Of a stretch of 64,000 nucleotides of DNA, positions 38,104-51,300 are shown piece after piece (the stretch's first letter is position 1; every line of letters begins with the position of its first letter). A program made the translations under genes and the position numbers. Source of the stretch: Camelus dromedarius (taxonomy: Eukaryota); NCBI RefSeq assembly GCF_036321535.1, contig NC_087436.1, forward strand, positions 74,650,001 through 74,714,000. The letters run 5' to 3'. A model generated the notes under the pieces. It did no database searches. It saw only the letters and a list, made by a program, of their open reading frames with translations, and was not told the DNA's origin.

Positions 38104-38449
38104 TGTAAAGGAACCTTGAGATCAAAATACGGGTGAGCCACTGGTCTAGGGGCTACTTCTAACTCTCTCCTCTGTTGCCTTCCCTTGGGGACTCTTCCTG
38201 AGTTGTTCTTCCATTCATTCAATAAATATTCACTGAGTATCTCTATTTTCCTAGCATTATGCTGGAAAAGGCCCAGTTAAACAGTTTAGAAATGGAAAGG
38301 TCTCCATTTAGCAGGGATATTAGAAAGCAGACAATCACAGAATTCTGTAATGCTTGTTGTGTTAGGGAGTTGTTAATGACAGTAAAATGGGAGAAAAATT
38401 TCCAACCTAGACTGAGGGATGGGAACAGGTGCGGGAATCCTAGGAAGGT

Positions 38450-39149
38450 GTGTGTACCAGCCAGAAAACTGTCAGGAGATAGAAACTGCACCAGCACTTA
38501 ACACAAGGAATTGTTAATCAGGTACAAGGTTGTTAACTAGGTAACAGAAAAAAAACAAAAGGAAAATGCTGAATTATTAGGGAAGCAGCAATTGTAGGAA
38601 GCAGCTACCACTCTGAGGCTGGTGAAATAAGAAGAGGCTGGAATTAGTTTAAAACTTGGAAACCTGGGTAGGGACCCATGGAGCTGAAACTGAGCCATCA
38701 GAGCTTGAGGTACTGCTCAGTTGGTGCTGGTGTCTCTGAGTTTGGAAGAGGAGACTTTTGGGCCTGGAGCCTGATCTCTGAGAAGCGGGTGCCTACCAGC
38801 TGGTGCCATTGTTTCTAAACTGGAACAAAATGAGGATGGTTTTACAGGTATAGGAAAAACTGCAAACTGAGTTTGCAGTGATGGAGGGGGAAAAATGGTG
38901 CTACCAAGGTAAAGAAATGGAGCTAGGGTAAAGTTTACGGGCTCAGAAAGCAGGCAGAAACACGCAGCAAGTCCGTTTATCATCCTCCAGCTTTGCAGTA
39001 CCCTTGTAGAGCACCCTATTAGCAGTGCCCAAAGGAAGCCAGCTGGCAAAGCATAACTATGATTTGGGGAGATTCTGTACCAGCATCATTAAGCAGAGTA
39101 CAGAAAGGTGCATTTGCAGCTGCGAGATAATAGCTTAGTAACTGATACA
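38450..39149 (-). mobile_element. ERV-L LTR (LTR41-like); 3' LTR of the proviral remnant
   Basis: Reverse strand starts TGTATCAGTTACTAAGCTATTATCTCGCAGCTGCAAATGCACCTTTCTGTACTCTGCT...GCCAGCTGGCTTCC; abuts the internal pol sequence. Confidence 0.75.
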
Positions 39150-40579
39150 GGTGTATCCCTGGCTACCCAGCAGCCATACTCACCCTACTACACATATCCG
39201 ATGTTCTAGTCACCAACAATAAGAACTCCACCCAAGATTCAACTCACCTTTACATAAATGAAGACATTTTTACCTTCACGCTAATGATCATTGAATCAAT
39301 TACTGGGAGTCAGTCATGCCACCTGTCTCTGGCCCATGTCAGTTACTCAGCAAATTCAGTCATAGTCTTGCCTGAATATTCTTCTACTAAAGACTAAACT
39401 GTAACGCTAAACTCCAGTAAAATAATAAGGGGAAATGAAAGAATAAAATTATTTCTCTCTCTCTCTGCCTACTTGTACGTACACAAGCGCACATATATAA
39501 TAAAGCTGCTACAGTATTTATTTCTGTACCTGGTCATAAGACCATAGGTGGTATTTATAACTTCTCTCTTCCTTTCTATTTTTCATTTGTCGTCAGATAG
39601 AACCTTAGCCGAAGGGGTTCTTTGGTAGCATAATCTAAACTTTTCATACTAAAGCATCTGAATGTTCAGTTGTCCAGACTTTACTTTATGGCTGTAGTTT
39701 TCCATTATGCTTCATTATTGTACATTGACATACTGAGAGCCTCCTCAGAGAACCCTCTGGTTCCTGGATGTAGCCTTCCCTGCCCCCACTGTGTAGAAGC
39801 GACTCAATTTTCTCTCAGGAACCTGGATCCATCATTCCAGTCGTGTAAAGTATACAGCCAGAGGTACAAAAAGCCCCAAAGGGTCAGGTGTCAGTTTCAA
39901 CTTCTAATTCAATGGAGCCATTGCTGTAACTCCTGGCAAAAATATTCTGCCCTTCAGAACCAAAATCTCCACATCAACAGAACTGAAAATTGCAAGTATG
40001 GAAGCAAAATTTCTGTGAGTTGTAACATTGTAAGTGTAACACTGAAAGGATCCATTCACTTCCCCTTTGATTCCTGAACCATTATTTTGGTTACAGAGGA
40101 GATAGCACCATATACTGGTTGCTGATTCAGAGTATTTCTTGTATGCTAGAACCCCATCCCTCAACGGTCATTGTAAGCGAGTTCCGGAGGCTAGTCCATC
40201 ATTCTATTTAGCCAACTGCTTCTGGGTGATGGTCTGTGTGAAAAGAGCAGTGATTTCTACACTGCACTTCTTCAGCTGTGAAATGAGTTCTCTGACCCAG
40301 AGCAACATTGTGTGGGGAATGCCAACGATGGTCAATAAAGCATTCTGAAAGTCTAAAAATGGTGCTACTTGCAAAAACATTTACAAACAGGGACGACAAA
40401 TCCATATCCAAAATACACATCAGTTTCAGTGGGGACAAATCTCTGCCTTCTCCATGATGTAAGGACTCACTGTGATCAGTCTGCACCTGGTAGCTGACTG
40501 GTCCCCTGGGGAAGAGAGCTTTATTGAAGACTAAGTGTTGGTCTCTGCTGTTGGCCAGGTAGGCACTCATCAGTAACAA

Positions 40580-41098
40580 GGTTGCTGGAGAATCGGTTCT
40601 TGTCTAACCCAGGAAAGAAATCAAGAGCCAGCCATAGTGAAGTGAAAGTAGATTTATTCAGGGAGATACACACTCCACAGACAGAGTGTGGGCCATCTCA
40701 GAGACAAGAGAGGCAGCCCCAGAGCATGGGGTCATCTAGGAAAGTGAGATTGGCCATGAGGTGTAGGAGTGGTGAGTTTTTATGGGCTGGGTAATGTCAT
40801 ATGCTACAAGTAGGAGGATTATTCCAACTGTTTTGGGGAAGGGGTGGGGATTTCCAGGAATTGGGCCACAGCCCACTTTTTGGCCTTTTATGGCCAGCCT
40901 CAGAACTGTCGTGACACCTGGGGGTGTGTCATTTAGCAGACTAATGTAGTACAATGAGGAAATGAGCAGATAATGAGGCTCAAGGTCTACTGGAAGTTGA
41001 ATATTCTACCATCTTGGCTCTAGCCAGTTTATGTACTACCCTCAATTGCTGTGTCTTTCTTTTAGTGGTTGTGCCCTGCCCTTTTCCCGCTTGTCTCA
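40580..41098 (-). mobile_element. Solo ERV1-type LTR nested in ERV-L pol
   Basis: Reverse complement begins TGAGACAAGCGGGAAAAGGGCAGGGCACAACCA, homologous to 12651; near-TSD acaa/acag. Confidence 0.85.
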
Positions 41099-41142
41099 AC
41101 AGTAGCTAGGTCAGTCCATGCTGTTAAGAATGGAATAACCTT

Positions 41143-41384
41143 GGGAGGGGGAGGGATAGATTGGGAGTTTGAGATTAACAGACACACATTACTATATGTA
41201 AAATAGGTAAACAATAAGCACAGGGAATTATATTCAATTTCTTGTAATGAGCTGTAATGGAAAAGAATATGACAAAAAAATATATATATGTATGTATATG
41301 TATAGGTGAATTGCTATGTTGTACACCTGAAACTAACATTGTAAATTGACTACACTTCAATAAAAAATAAGAATTATAAAAAAA
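41143..41384 (+). mobile_element. L1 3' end with 17-bp TSD nested in ERV-L pol
   Basis: TSD aagaatgga(a/g)taacctt at 41126-41142 and 41385-41401; AATAAA and A tail. Confidence 0.9.
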
Positions 41385-44300
41385 AAGAATGGAGTAACCT
41401 TCTTTCTTGCCACTGTGACCACTTTATACATAGGCCCATTGAGCAAGTAGCTGGTGAGAGAAGCTGACATATACAAAATATGTCATTTTTTTCTACCTAC
41501 CTGGTCATTGAAAGCCTCCACTGCAATGGATACTCTTTGAAGAATATTCACGAATATCTTCACACTCTGTGCCCACTATGAGTGATCCAGCCACTCACAT
41601 TTTCCCCAGACTCCTTCTCACCAATATTTCAATCCTGTCTTTACCAAGTCCCTGAACCTCCAGCAAAACTGTTAGCCACCACCCATGAATCAGGGTAAAA
41701 ATCCATACTTCTGGCCATCTCCCAGCTCAGAAAAAGTGGACAGCAAAATGTATTACTGGAAGTTCCCACCTGGGGTGTATTTTCCTTTACTGCTGTCCAG
41801 AGACACTCCCGAGTAGGACTACAGTGCTGCAAGTAGTGTCCACTCTAGTTTGGCAGCACATTGTTTTACTATCTGTAAATCAAGACTGAGCTTCTCCCTC
41901 CTCATTCTACTGGTAATAAGGAACTCCCCTGTGAGGCTACAGATACAGAAGAAGGGGAGGAGCATAAGTCACCTGCTTAGGCCACTTAATTGCACCTTCT
42001 GGACCTGCTTGAGCTTGAGCTCAATCTTATATGGACCATTTTCCTTGATGATAGATTGTTTCTGTGCACACCCAACCTCAGGAGGTGAGGAAGGTCCCCC
42101 AGTGCATGGGTGGGAAACACAGTTTACATGTAAGGTATTCAGTATCAGTATCAAGCTAGGAGCTGTTTCTGAAAAGGGAGAATTGTTATCTGCAGAGGAG
42201 GCACAGATTTGCTTCAAACCCTGAGTTCCACACTTGATTCTCTGATTGCTGCTTGCTGGAGACTTCCTGCAGATGCTCCAAGTGTCTTATCATTGGGTCA
42301 CAAAGAGCAAGCTGCACTCAGCCTACACTTGCTCCGGTCTCTTTCAAAACAGACGGCTTTACCGATTACTCGTAAGTGGGATCTAAGCAGCACACTCACG
42401 TGTGGTATATATTACCTTAAAAATCCCAGAAGGCCCACCTAGTGCCTCTTTAGTGGTAGACCGTGTGAGGCGCAGTGATGTACCTTCCACTTTGGAGGAG
42501 AGATCTTGAGATGTTCCATACCATTTGACTTCCAGGATTCTCACATAGGTAATAAGTCCCTGAATTTTTGTAAGGTTTTATCTACTATTCTCTGGTTCAC
42601 ATATGTCTTACTAAGTCATAGGAAATACTTGCTACTTCCTGTTCAGGTCCTGATCAGTTCCAATCCATATAATGTCATCAATGTGGTGGGCGGGTGTGTG
42701 ACTTGATGTGGACTGACAAGATGATCATCATCTCTGCAGACTATACGATGGCAGAGAGCAGGAGAGTGATGTAGTAATGAGGCCACATCAGGCAAAAGCA
42801 AATGGCTCTGCTAGCCCTTGCGAATTGGCACAGAAAGAGGCATCTTTGGATCAACACCTGCACACCAAGTGCTGGAGACTCTTGATTTATTCCAGAAAAG
42901 AGGCTCCATCTAAACAGCAGCTGCAGTTGGAAGCACCTATACTGCCCAGTCTTTCCCAGGGTCCGTCCAACTCGCCTGCAGGCCAAACAGGCAAATGAAA
43001 TGCAGCTGCAGCAGGTGTCACTACCCCTGCTTTTTGTCAAGTCTTTGATGGTGGTGCTAATCTCTAGGTCCCATCAAGGAGGAGATATTGCTTTTGGTTT
43101 ATGATCCAAGTAAGGACAGGAACTTCTGGGGCCTTTCACTTGACCTATTTTTACCATCACGGTCCTCAGTGGGTGGAGACTCAATGGGACTGCAGAGAAT
43201 GTAACAGAATCATCCCAACCGAGTTAGGCGAGAGCTGGGTTATGTATCCACCCACGCAGTCATTGGTTGAGAGCAGTTCTCACATACAGGCAGAGTTGAA
43301 CTGGAGGCCAGAGAAAATGAACAGGGCATTTGCTACAAAGTTATTTGAACAGGAGTTTCTGAGTTCTGCTTTGAACACATTGAGAAGCTACTGATATCTG
43401 GTGGACTGTTGAATTAGTGAGTCTGAACTTCAGGAAAGAAGATCTAGCTCCTCCTCTATACCCCCATGGCCCTGCTCTCACCTCTATCACAGCATTTCCT
43501 GTTTGATTTTAATGACCTATATTTATGTGCTTCCTTTTGACCAAACTGTAAAGGGCTGCATCTTTTTTTTTTTCATTGTTCATTGTGGTGCCTGGCACAC
43601 GGTAACTGTTCATTAAATGTTCATTGAGCCAAAGTGAGTGTTCTACTCATCAATGTTTTTGTGCTGTTTTAGACAACTCTTCCAGAACTGGTGCAGGGAG
43701 AGCTGACAGATAACCAAGAGAGTGTCAGCTGCATCTTGGAGGCTGGCACCATGCCTCGCGTATCCCAGTCAAGCTCTGTGTGGGCAGTGGGGAAAACCTT
43801 CTCCCAAGGGAAAATTGGAGAGGTCAGAGTCTACAATTAATTTAGAGTGTGCGTGCTAATATTATATTTCCTCTATTAGGATATTATGTGATATAAATGC
43901 ATTTAATTGACCTTCTTGCACCCCAAAGGAATGCTGTCATTTATTGAAACCATATACATTTCCTAAAATTTAAAAACTGGCTGATAATATTCATATAGAA
44001 CTTTGTCTCCTGAGAACAGTAACAAAAAAAGAATTATCAGTAGTATATGAATCACATTGATTTTTGCAAATAGGAAATTATCACCCGCTCAAAACCCACG
44101 TATGAAAGGAAGTGCATTTGGTCTGAAATAGAACGTCCTTGTATATTTTAGAGTCATTGGAACCCAACGGTCGAGTTCCCTCAGTTGCATTAACAAATCA
44201 ACAGGTGTTTGATTCCTAGTACTTGTGCGACTGGTTGGGATAAGCTCAAAAGTTACCATGATCCAGTGGCTTCTGGGAACACACAGTGCTATTGTATACC

Positions 44301-45157
44301 TATGGAGAAATAAGACAATAGTATTACTCTTGTTCTATATGTCACATGCTACAATACACCAACAATTTTATGCTTTTCAGTTGTGCGTCACTTTAGGGTT
44401 TTTGTTTTTTGTTTTCCTAATGGCATCATGTAAAGGATTAGCATAATTCGGAGCCAGAATTGTCCCATACAGCTGTCTGGTTTCCCTGGCATGTTGCTGA
44501 TCTGCATTTGGGTCATAAATATCTCGGAAATGTCTGACCTCTAGACCTGTAGGGGAAAGTGAATTAAGCCTGCGAGAAGCAGCACATAGCTCTTTTCCTG
44601 GGTGACCCACTTTGTTCCCTTCTCAGAAAAACATGGAAAAAAGACAGCTGGGTGGAGACAGCCAAAGCCATTTGGTTGTAGAAATGGGCGATAAGGAAAG
44701 ACAGAGTACAGATTTGCAAGAACAGCGATATAAAAAGAAAAGCAAAGAGAAAGAAATAGGACGTTAATGGAAGTGTTCTTGTATGAAATAAATAAGCAAT
44801 GGTAATTCTCATTTAAACATTTTATGAGTATAATATTCATCAAATTATACTGATGTTGATTCTCAGGTGTTGCAACGATAGTCTTGGCATGTGAAATTTG
44901 TTTGCATAGTTTGTGTCCAGGTTGGTTCACCCAGTTACCTAATAAGGACAAGGGTTAGCTGGCCAGTTAACTCTATAGAGAGAAAAGATCTGTTTCTTGC
45001 TATAGCTTGTGTGCTATCACATGCAAGTCTCTCCAAAGTACAGGTCATTGAGCATGTGGCTAGTTCAGTATAATCTGTTACAACTTTTGAAAGAACAACT
45101 CAAAGCAGTTTTCCCCCTGGTATGTATAATAAGATAAATAACAATAAGAAATAATAG

Positions 45158-45252
45158 GGAGTGGGGGTGTAGCTGAGTGGTAGGGTGTGTACTTAGCACC
45201 CACAAGGTCCTGGGTTCAATCCCCAGTGCCTCCATTAAAAAAATAAATAAAA
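45158..45252 (+). mobile_element. Short tRNA-derived SINE (Vic-1-like) with 12-bp TSD
   Basis: TAGCTGAGTGGTAG...GGTCCTGGGTTCAATCCCCAG; TSD aagaaataatag at 45146-45157 and 45253-45264. Confidence 0.88.
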
Positions 45253-47049
45253 AAGAAATAATAGTTAACCTTACTGAGCCCTTACCAAATGCACTATACT
45301 TAAACTCTTTATATGTATCATTTAACCCTCATCAAACTGCTATTCTCATGTAAGAAAATAGACTAAAAAGTTAAGTAGCTTGCAATGTAAATCATTCAGA
45401 TATTAAACAATTAAGCCGGAATTTGAACCCTTCCCCCAAAATAATAATTTATGTTTGTCAAGCATTTTATGACTTACTAATGGAAATTTACAAATATGCA
45501 TTCACTTAATCTTCCCAGACAGTCTTGTGAAATAGCCAGGTGTTATTATCCTATTTTTACAAATATGGGACTGGAGGCTTTGAGAAGTCACTAAGCTAGT
45601 CAGTGTCAGGGTCACTATTCAAAGCTGAGTCTGCGGCTTTCAGGTTTCAGAATCTTTCAACTCTTAGACAGCTGAGATCAGGCATATGTGCATTTATTGT
45701 GAAGTTAAGGTCTGTATAGTATAAAATGCAATGTAGATTTCATAATTATCCAGATTATTAAGAGCCTACAGGGCCCAGCCACTTCATCTTTGCTTAATGA
45801 AATTAATGAATGAAGTGTTATAAGCAGATGTAATATTATATTCAATCCAACAGAGTATCGGTGCAATACTAGAAAGCTTACATTCTCCACTACGTATTTC
45901 ATTACGCGTCCTGACTGGTGGAACACAACTTCTCTGTAGTTGGATTATCTGAAAAGAATTGTTTTCCTAATAATTCTCAAAATTTTTAGATAATAAATGT
46001 ATTTGTCTTATTTTAATGCATTATTTAGCAATCATTTACAGTTTAGATAAAAATCATATATTTGACTAGTAAGAAATAACTTCTTTCATTCCTTCTTTAG
46101 AACTATAACTTAAGTGTTTATATTTTGCTGATTTTGAAATATGTTGAAGTGGTACAAACACCATTTTTAGCTTTAAAATCTGAAGTGCTTTTTTGTAATT
46201 GATTCCCTTGGCAAATGAATAAAAGGTTTCTACTTTAAGGCAAAACTGGTTTAAATGGCTGGGAATGGTAGAGGGAGGAAAATCTGTTAAAGCCAGGGAA
46301 GAAGTAAATTGAGAGCTTAAAGTAATTCACCAAAGCCCTGTTTCTGCTTGGATAGGTGCAGAGTTAAGCTCACTTCAAACCATGTATTTTTAATTGGAGT
46401 TCTACACAAATTGACAATTGAGAACTTCTAATCACTGGTTCCAAATGATGAGCTTATGAAGTGGATTACTATGTTCAAGTGACAGTGTTTTAAAACCCAT
46501 TTTATTCACAGATGCACATGTCTAAGGCAGTACACACACTCACAGATACATGCACACACGTGCCCACACACAATGCACATACATGTGCGTATGTAAGGTA
46601 GAAAATTTTCAGAATATCTCTTTTTAGCTGAAGAGTTACTATTTCTTTTGCTACCATGTTTTGTGTTAATAAACAAGCATTATGTATTTTTGTGTTTCTG
46701 TGTGTGCATGTGTCTGAATATATGTTTATGTATGTGTATATTAATTTAACAATAAAAGCAAGCTTTCTTCTATATATGAAAATAATAATTGTATGTTTAA
46801 ATACAGTTGTCTTTAACTTTATAGAATATATTTTCCAAAATTAAGCAACCAGAGAATTTTTAATGAGCATCTACTCTGTACTTAGCTTTTTATATACAGA
46901 GGTATAAGTCACTCTGGCCCTTGTTTTTAAGTATTATGAAAACAGGTAACACATTTTGGTGAGAATGTGCCACAGCAGAAACTCACAGAGAACCACTAGA
47001 AACAATCGATGCTTCTCAGCTCAGCCCAGCTGAAGATGCACCTGTCCTG

Positions 47050-47720
47050 GGACTCAGAAATTTCATTTCTAGGTATCTTTTATGGAAAAACTCTTGGATG
47101 TGTGCCCAAGGAGATGCAAGGGAAACATGAATTACAGCAGTTTTTGTAATAGTGATAAACTGGAAAGATTTCCAAAGTCCATACACAGTAGGAATGGATA
47201 GAGTGTGGTATCCTCGTACAATGGAACATTTTATAACAATAAACATTTCTATGGCTATAGGCAAACGTAGATGAAGGTCAAAAACATAATGTTGAGCGGA
47301 GGAGGGTGGCAAAAGGTGAGTGCCTGGAAGTCTCAGGTGGACTCCCACTCAGGTCCTCTCCCAAGCAAACAAACAACAAAAACATTAATGTTGAAGGAAA
47401 AAAAAACTCACAGGAAAATATATTCAATGTGATTCCACTTATACCAAGTTGACACACTAACCAATATATTATTGGGTGATACATATAAACAAATCTATTT
47501 TTAGAAGGAAGGGAATGATTAACTGAAAATGTTACTAGGGCTACTTTTAGGGAGAGAGAGTCAGGGATGTGATCTGAGTAAGGAATCCAGAGGTTTCAAG
47601 GTACAGATTACCTTCTGTTTATTAGCTTGGATGGTGGAGATACCATCACTTGTTTCATCAATGGTCCTTAAATCGTGCATATACCATATATGCTCTCTTA
47701 TATGTACATAGATAGGTATC
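47050..47720 (+). mobile_element. Old L1M 3' fragment
   Basis: GTAGGAATGGATA...GTGGTATCCTCGTACAATGGAAC...AAAAACATAATGTTGAG...TGATTCCACTTATA. Confidence 0.65.
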
Positions 47721-49149
47721 AGAAAAGAGACCAGAAGATTTTCCATCACCACAATAATATTAGTGGTATTACCTTGGCTACAGGTAATTCCCCCCCCCCC
47801 ATTTTCTGTAGTATGTTTTAATTATTTTCATAAACAAAATACATTAAATAATCCACTTATAGGGAAATGGCAATATGCTGACTTAGCTGAAATAAGTCAC
47901 AAAATGTAACTTGATGTAGTTTTAGTTAGGGTAATGAATTTCACAAATATCTGAGAAACACCAGCCTTAAAAGAACATTCTGAAGGTGGAAGCTCTGAGA
48001 ACAGATTAGCAGCATCTGAGCTACTCAAGACAGTACTGCTTAATTTTAAAAGTGAATATCACATCCTGAGTTGAAGGGGGAAGACATAGTCACATAGGAG
48101 AGGCAATTTTTTTGAGAAGCAGCCAAGAACCTCCAAAGATTAGGACTTACCTAATCCTTCCCCCTTCCTGAGATAACTATTCTCTCCCTATCTTGCTGCT
48201 ATACTTCGTACACACCCCTATGGTTGCACAGACCACAAAGTAATATTATTATTTGCCAACCAGGTTCTCCCACACTAGGCTCTCAGCTCCCTGTGGGCAG
48301 GGTCTAAGCACAGTCACTTTGTATCTCCAATTTCCACCACTCTGCCTCCATAGCGTAGCTGCCCGGAACATGTTTGTTAAACCAAACAAAAGCAGCAGCA
48401 AAAATTCTAAAACTCAGTATAGGCTGCACTTATAAAACACATGACCACGGAAACCTGAATATTCTAGGAAGCTAATCTTCATGCAGAAGGAGCCAATAAG
48501 TTTCTATAAGGTTTAAATACAAGCTCTAGAGATAATATTATTATGTCCATCATTAAAAACTTACAAACACTGCACAACACTGTAAACATAATAAATAAAT
48601 AATAAATGGGTGACTTCTGGGTCCACACATTGTGTCTGTGCCACCCCTCCCCATCTCCACCCTCCTTCTGTCCAGCACAGGCTGTAAAGCTCAAATCTGC
48701 TATTTTTAGCAATGAGTGATCAGAGGGCCTTGACTTCCACTGAGGATGAGGTGTGCAGGTGAGAAAATAAGAGCAGAACCAGCCATGGTAAGGCAAAGTA
48801 TTTGCTGATTACAGTCTTGGGTTATAAAGATAAAAAACAAAACAAAACAACACCAAACAAACCCACAATGCTTCCATGCCCTAAGACAGAAAATGGCTCA
48901 AACATCTGCAACAGAGCGCCTATTGGAACCAATAGGAACACAGCAGCAATTCCCCTCTGGCTTCTAAACATTTGCAAACTACTGATATGACACACACACA
49001 TGATGTTCAGAAGGCTTTAGACATCTCCCTGCGATGTCTAACGGACGGCAGAAAAGAGCCTCTTTTTTCTTTGGAGTTTTCCAAAAGTAAAACATTTTAA
49101 TTGTGGAGAGTTAAGACTGCTGTCTCTCTCCATGGCAAATTCCAGCGTA

Positions 49150-51300
49150 TGATTTTCCTTTGTGTTTGGAGGTGCTTAGGGTCCACCAGTATTTTGGGGA
49201 TCTAGCTAAGGGGAAGTTGAGTTGGAGACATATCATTTTAACTGAAATTTGGAAACACATTTTGGAATGAGTCAATAAAACAATTGAGAAATTACAAACC
49301 TCTAATTTGGACATAAAAGAAAGATGCCTTCTTTGATTATCTGTAAGTGTTCTTATTAAAGAACTAAGATAAAATTCTGATAAAAATTAATGAGGTAGGA
49401 CATAAAAGTGATAAAAATGCATGATAAAAATCAATGGAATGTACTTGAACACTAAGACAATAATTTGAACAGATTTTTTTTTCCCCAGATCGTTCCAAAA
49501 GCAGTACTTCCCTAAAAGGAAGAGAGAATTTTCTAGTAGAAGTAATAGATAAGCTCTTGGATTGTTTGATTCATTAATGAAGAGGAAGGAATCATAATGT
49601 CATTTTGAAAAATACTGAAACTTCTTGCTGATTTGCTACAACATACTGATGCTGACAAAGATAACATAAAACTCAAAATACGCTTTCTGCAATAAGGAAA
49701 CAGACAACAAGATAATTAATGAGTATGGCCAGTCTTCACTGATGCCCTGACCTTTTACAGCTCATACATGAAAAAACTGTGATAAAGTTTTTCTCAAATC
49801 AGATGTCAATTCTAAAATATAAGCTATTAATAATGAGTTATAAAACTGAAAAATATTTTAAAATTTCAATTTAAAAAATTGGTCCACCACGCTAAGGACT
49901 AAAAAAATTTTTTTTTGCCATAGAAAATGATATTACAATATTGCTATCTTATAAAGATGTGATCAGAGATTGGCAGCCAAAAATGTTGACAAAAAGCTTT
50001 TTAGTTGTGTGTCAGGTAATTTATTAATAAAAATTATTACAGCATTTCTTCGATTTTTGATGTTTGTGAATGAGAAAGATTTTGCTTTCTAGAGATGGTC
50101 CCCACAATATCTCCCATCCCATATGCTCTTCTTACAATGTAATCAACACACCTCTCAAGAGGTGGAGTTTGTTCCCTCCTCTTGAACTTTGAACAAGAGC
50201 AGACTTGTGACTGTGGCTGAAGAAATGCTGGTTAAGGCAGAATAATGGCCCCCACCAAAGATGTCCATGTCCTAATCCCCAGAACCTGAGAACATGTCAC
50301 TTTACATGACAAATGTGGGGAATTAAGGGTGCAGATGGAAGAAGGGTTGCTAATCAACTGACCTTGAGTTGGAGACATTATCCTAGGTTTTCCAGGTGAA
50401 TCCAGTGTAATTACAAGGACCTTTACAAGTGTAAAAGGAAGGCAGAAGAGTCAGAATTGAGAAAGATTTGAAGATGCTACAATGTTGGCTTTGAGTCAAG
50501 GCATGCAGTGGTCTCTAGAAGCTGGAAAAGGCAAGGGAATATATTTTCCATAAAGCCTCCAGAAAGAATGCAGCCCTGCCAACACTTTGGTTTTAGCTCA
50601 GTTAGACCCATTTCAAATTTCTGACCTCCAGAGCTATGACAGTAAATGTGTTGTTTTAAGCCACTAAGTCTACAGTAGCTTGTCATAGTAGCAATATGGA
50701 ACTCGTATGGAAGCTATGTGACTGCCAAGGCTGGTTCATAAAAGGAAATAGTGTTCACGTGGTTTTTCCTGAGCTTTGTCCCCATACTATGAAGAAGTGG
50801 ACAGATCACGTGGAGAGGCCACATATGTGGGTGTTCCAGCCACCAGCCTCAGCTGAGATCCCAGCCCACAGTCAACATCCCCTGCAGATACATGAGAAGT
50901 TAGCCACAAGGTGACTCCAGCTCCAGCCATCATCTGAATGCAACTTCAAGGAAAACCCCGAGCAAGGACTGCAAGCTGCACTCAGCCAACCTCAGAACTG
51001 TGAGAGATGATAATAAATGTATTGTTGTTGGTTAAGCCAGTAAGTTTTGGGTAATTCATTATACAATAGATAACTGGAACAGTGAGTAGATGTCAACTTC
51101 TAAAAATTTACAATTTTTCTAGATTTATCTCATTTAAAATATTTAAAATTTAAATATCTCATTTAAAATAAAATATCTCATTTAAAATAAATATTAACTT
51201 CCATATCTAATTTGTATTTCTAATTCTCCTTTTCCTAGAGAGAACCCCTCCAGGTGATAAAAATTCAACCCCCTCCCCATTCTCCACCAATTAAAAACAA
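49150..51300. mobile_element. Ancient hAT transposon fossil (Arthur/Tip100-like) interrupted by MaLR LTRs
   Basis: AT-rich degraded transposase-like end (ATAGAAAATGATATTACAA...GTGATCAGAGATTGGCAGCC); boundaries uncertain. Confidence 0.5.
50071..51081 (+). mobile_element. MaLR LTR (MLT1E/F/G-like) with a second MLT1D-like LTR nested at ~50226-50708
   Basis: Outer element is homologous to 23351-23925, near-TSD gtgaa/gtgag. Inner element reads GGCAGAATAATGGCCCCC...AAAGATGTCCATGTCCTAATCCCCAGAACCTG...TTTTAAGCCACTAAG. Confidence 0.8.

Larger units (their letters stand above)
35923..38143 (+). mobile_element. hAT DNA transposon fossil (Charlie1a-like) with both ends and nested insertions
   Basis: Begins CAGTACTTCTCAAAATGTGGTC...GAGGTCAAAA and ends ...GAGCCACTG followed by gtctagg; contains degraded transposase-like sequence. 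Confidence 0.85.
39150..43150 (-). mobile_element. Degraded ERV-L internal region (pol: RT, RNase H, integrase)
   Basis: Minus strand gives HHIDDI (RT YIDD-type motif) at 42688-42671, LVGLLGF at ~42450-42420 and ERV-L integrase-like sequence at ~40560-40200; many stops and frameshifts. Confidence 0.8.

Noticed and set aside
44377..44610. 77-aa minus-strand ORF that reads protein-like (RHFRDIYDPNADQQHARETRQLYG)
   Set aside because: Starts at GTG, resembles no family I recognise, and has no convincing exon structure; only a BLAST or PhyloCSF result could rescue it.
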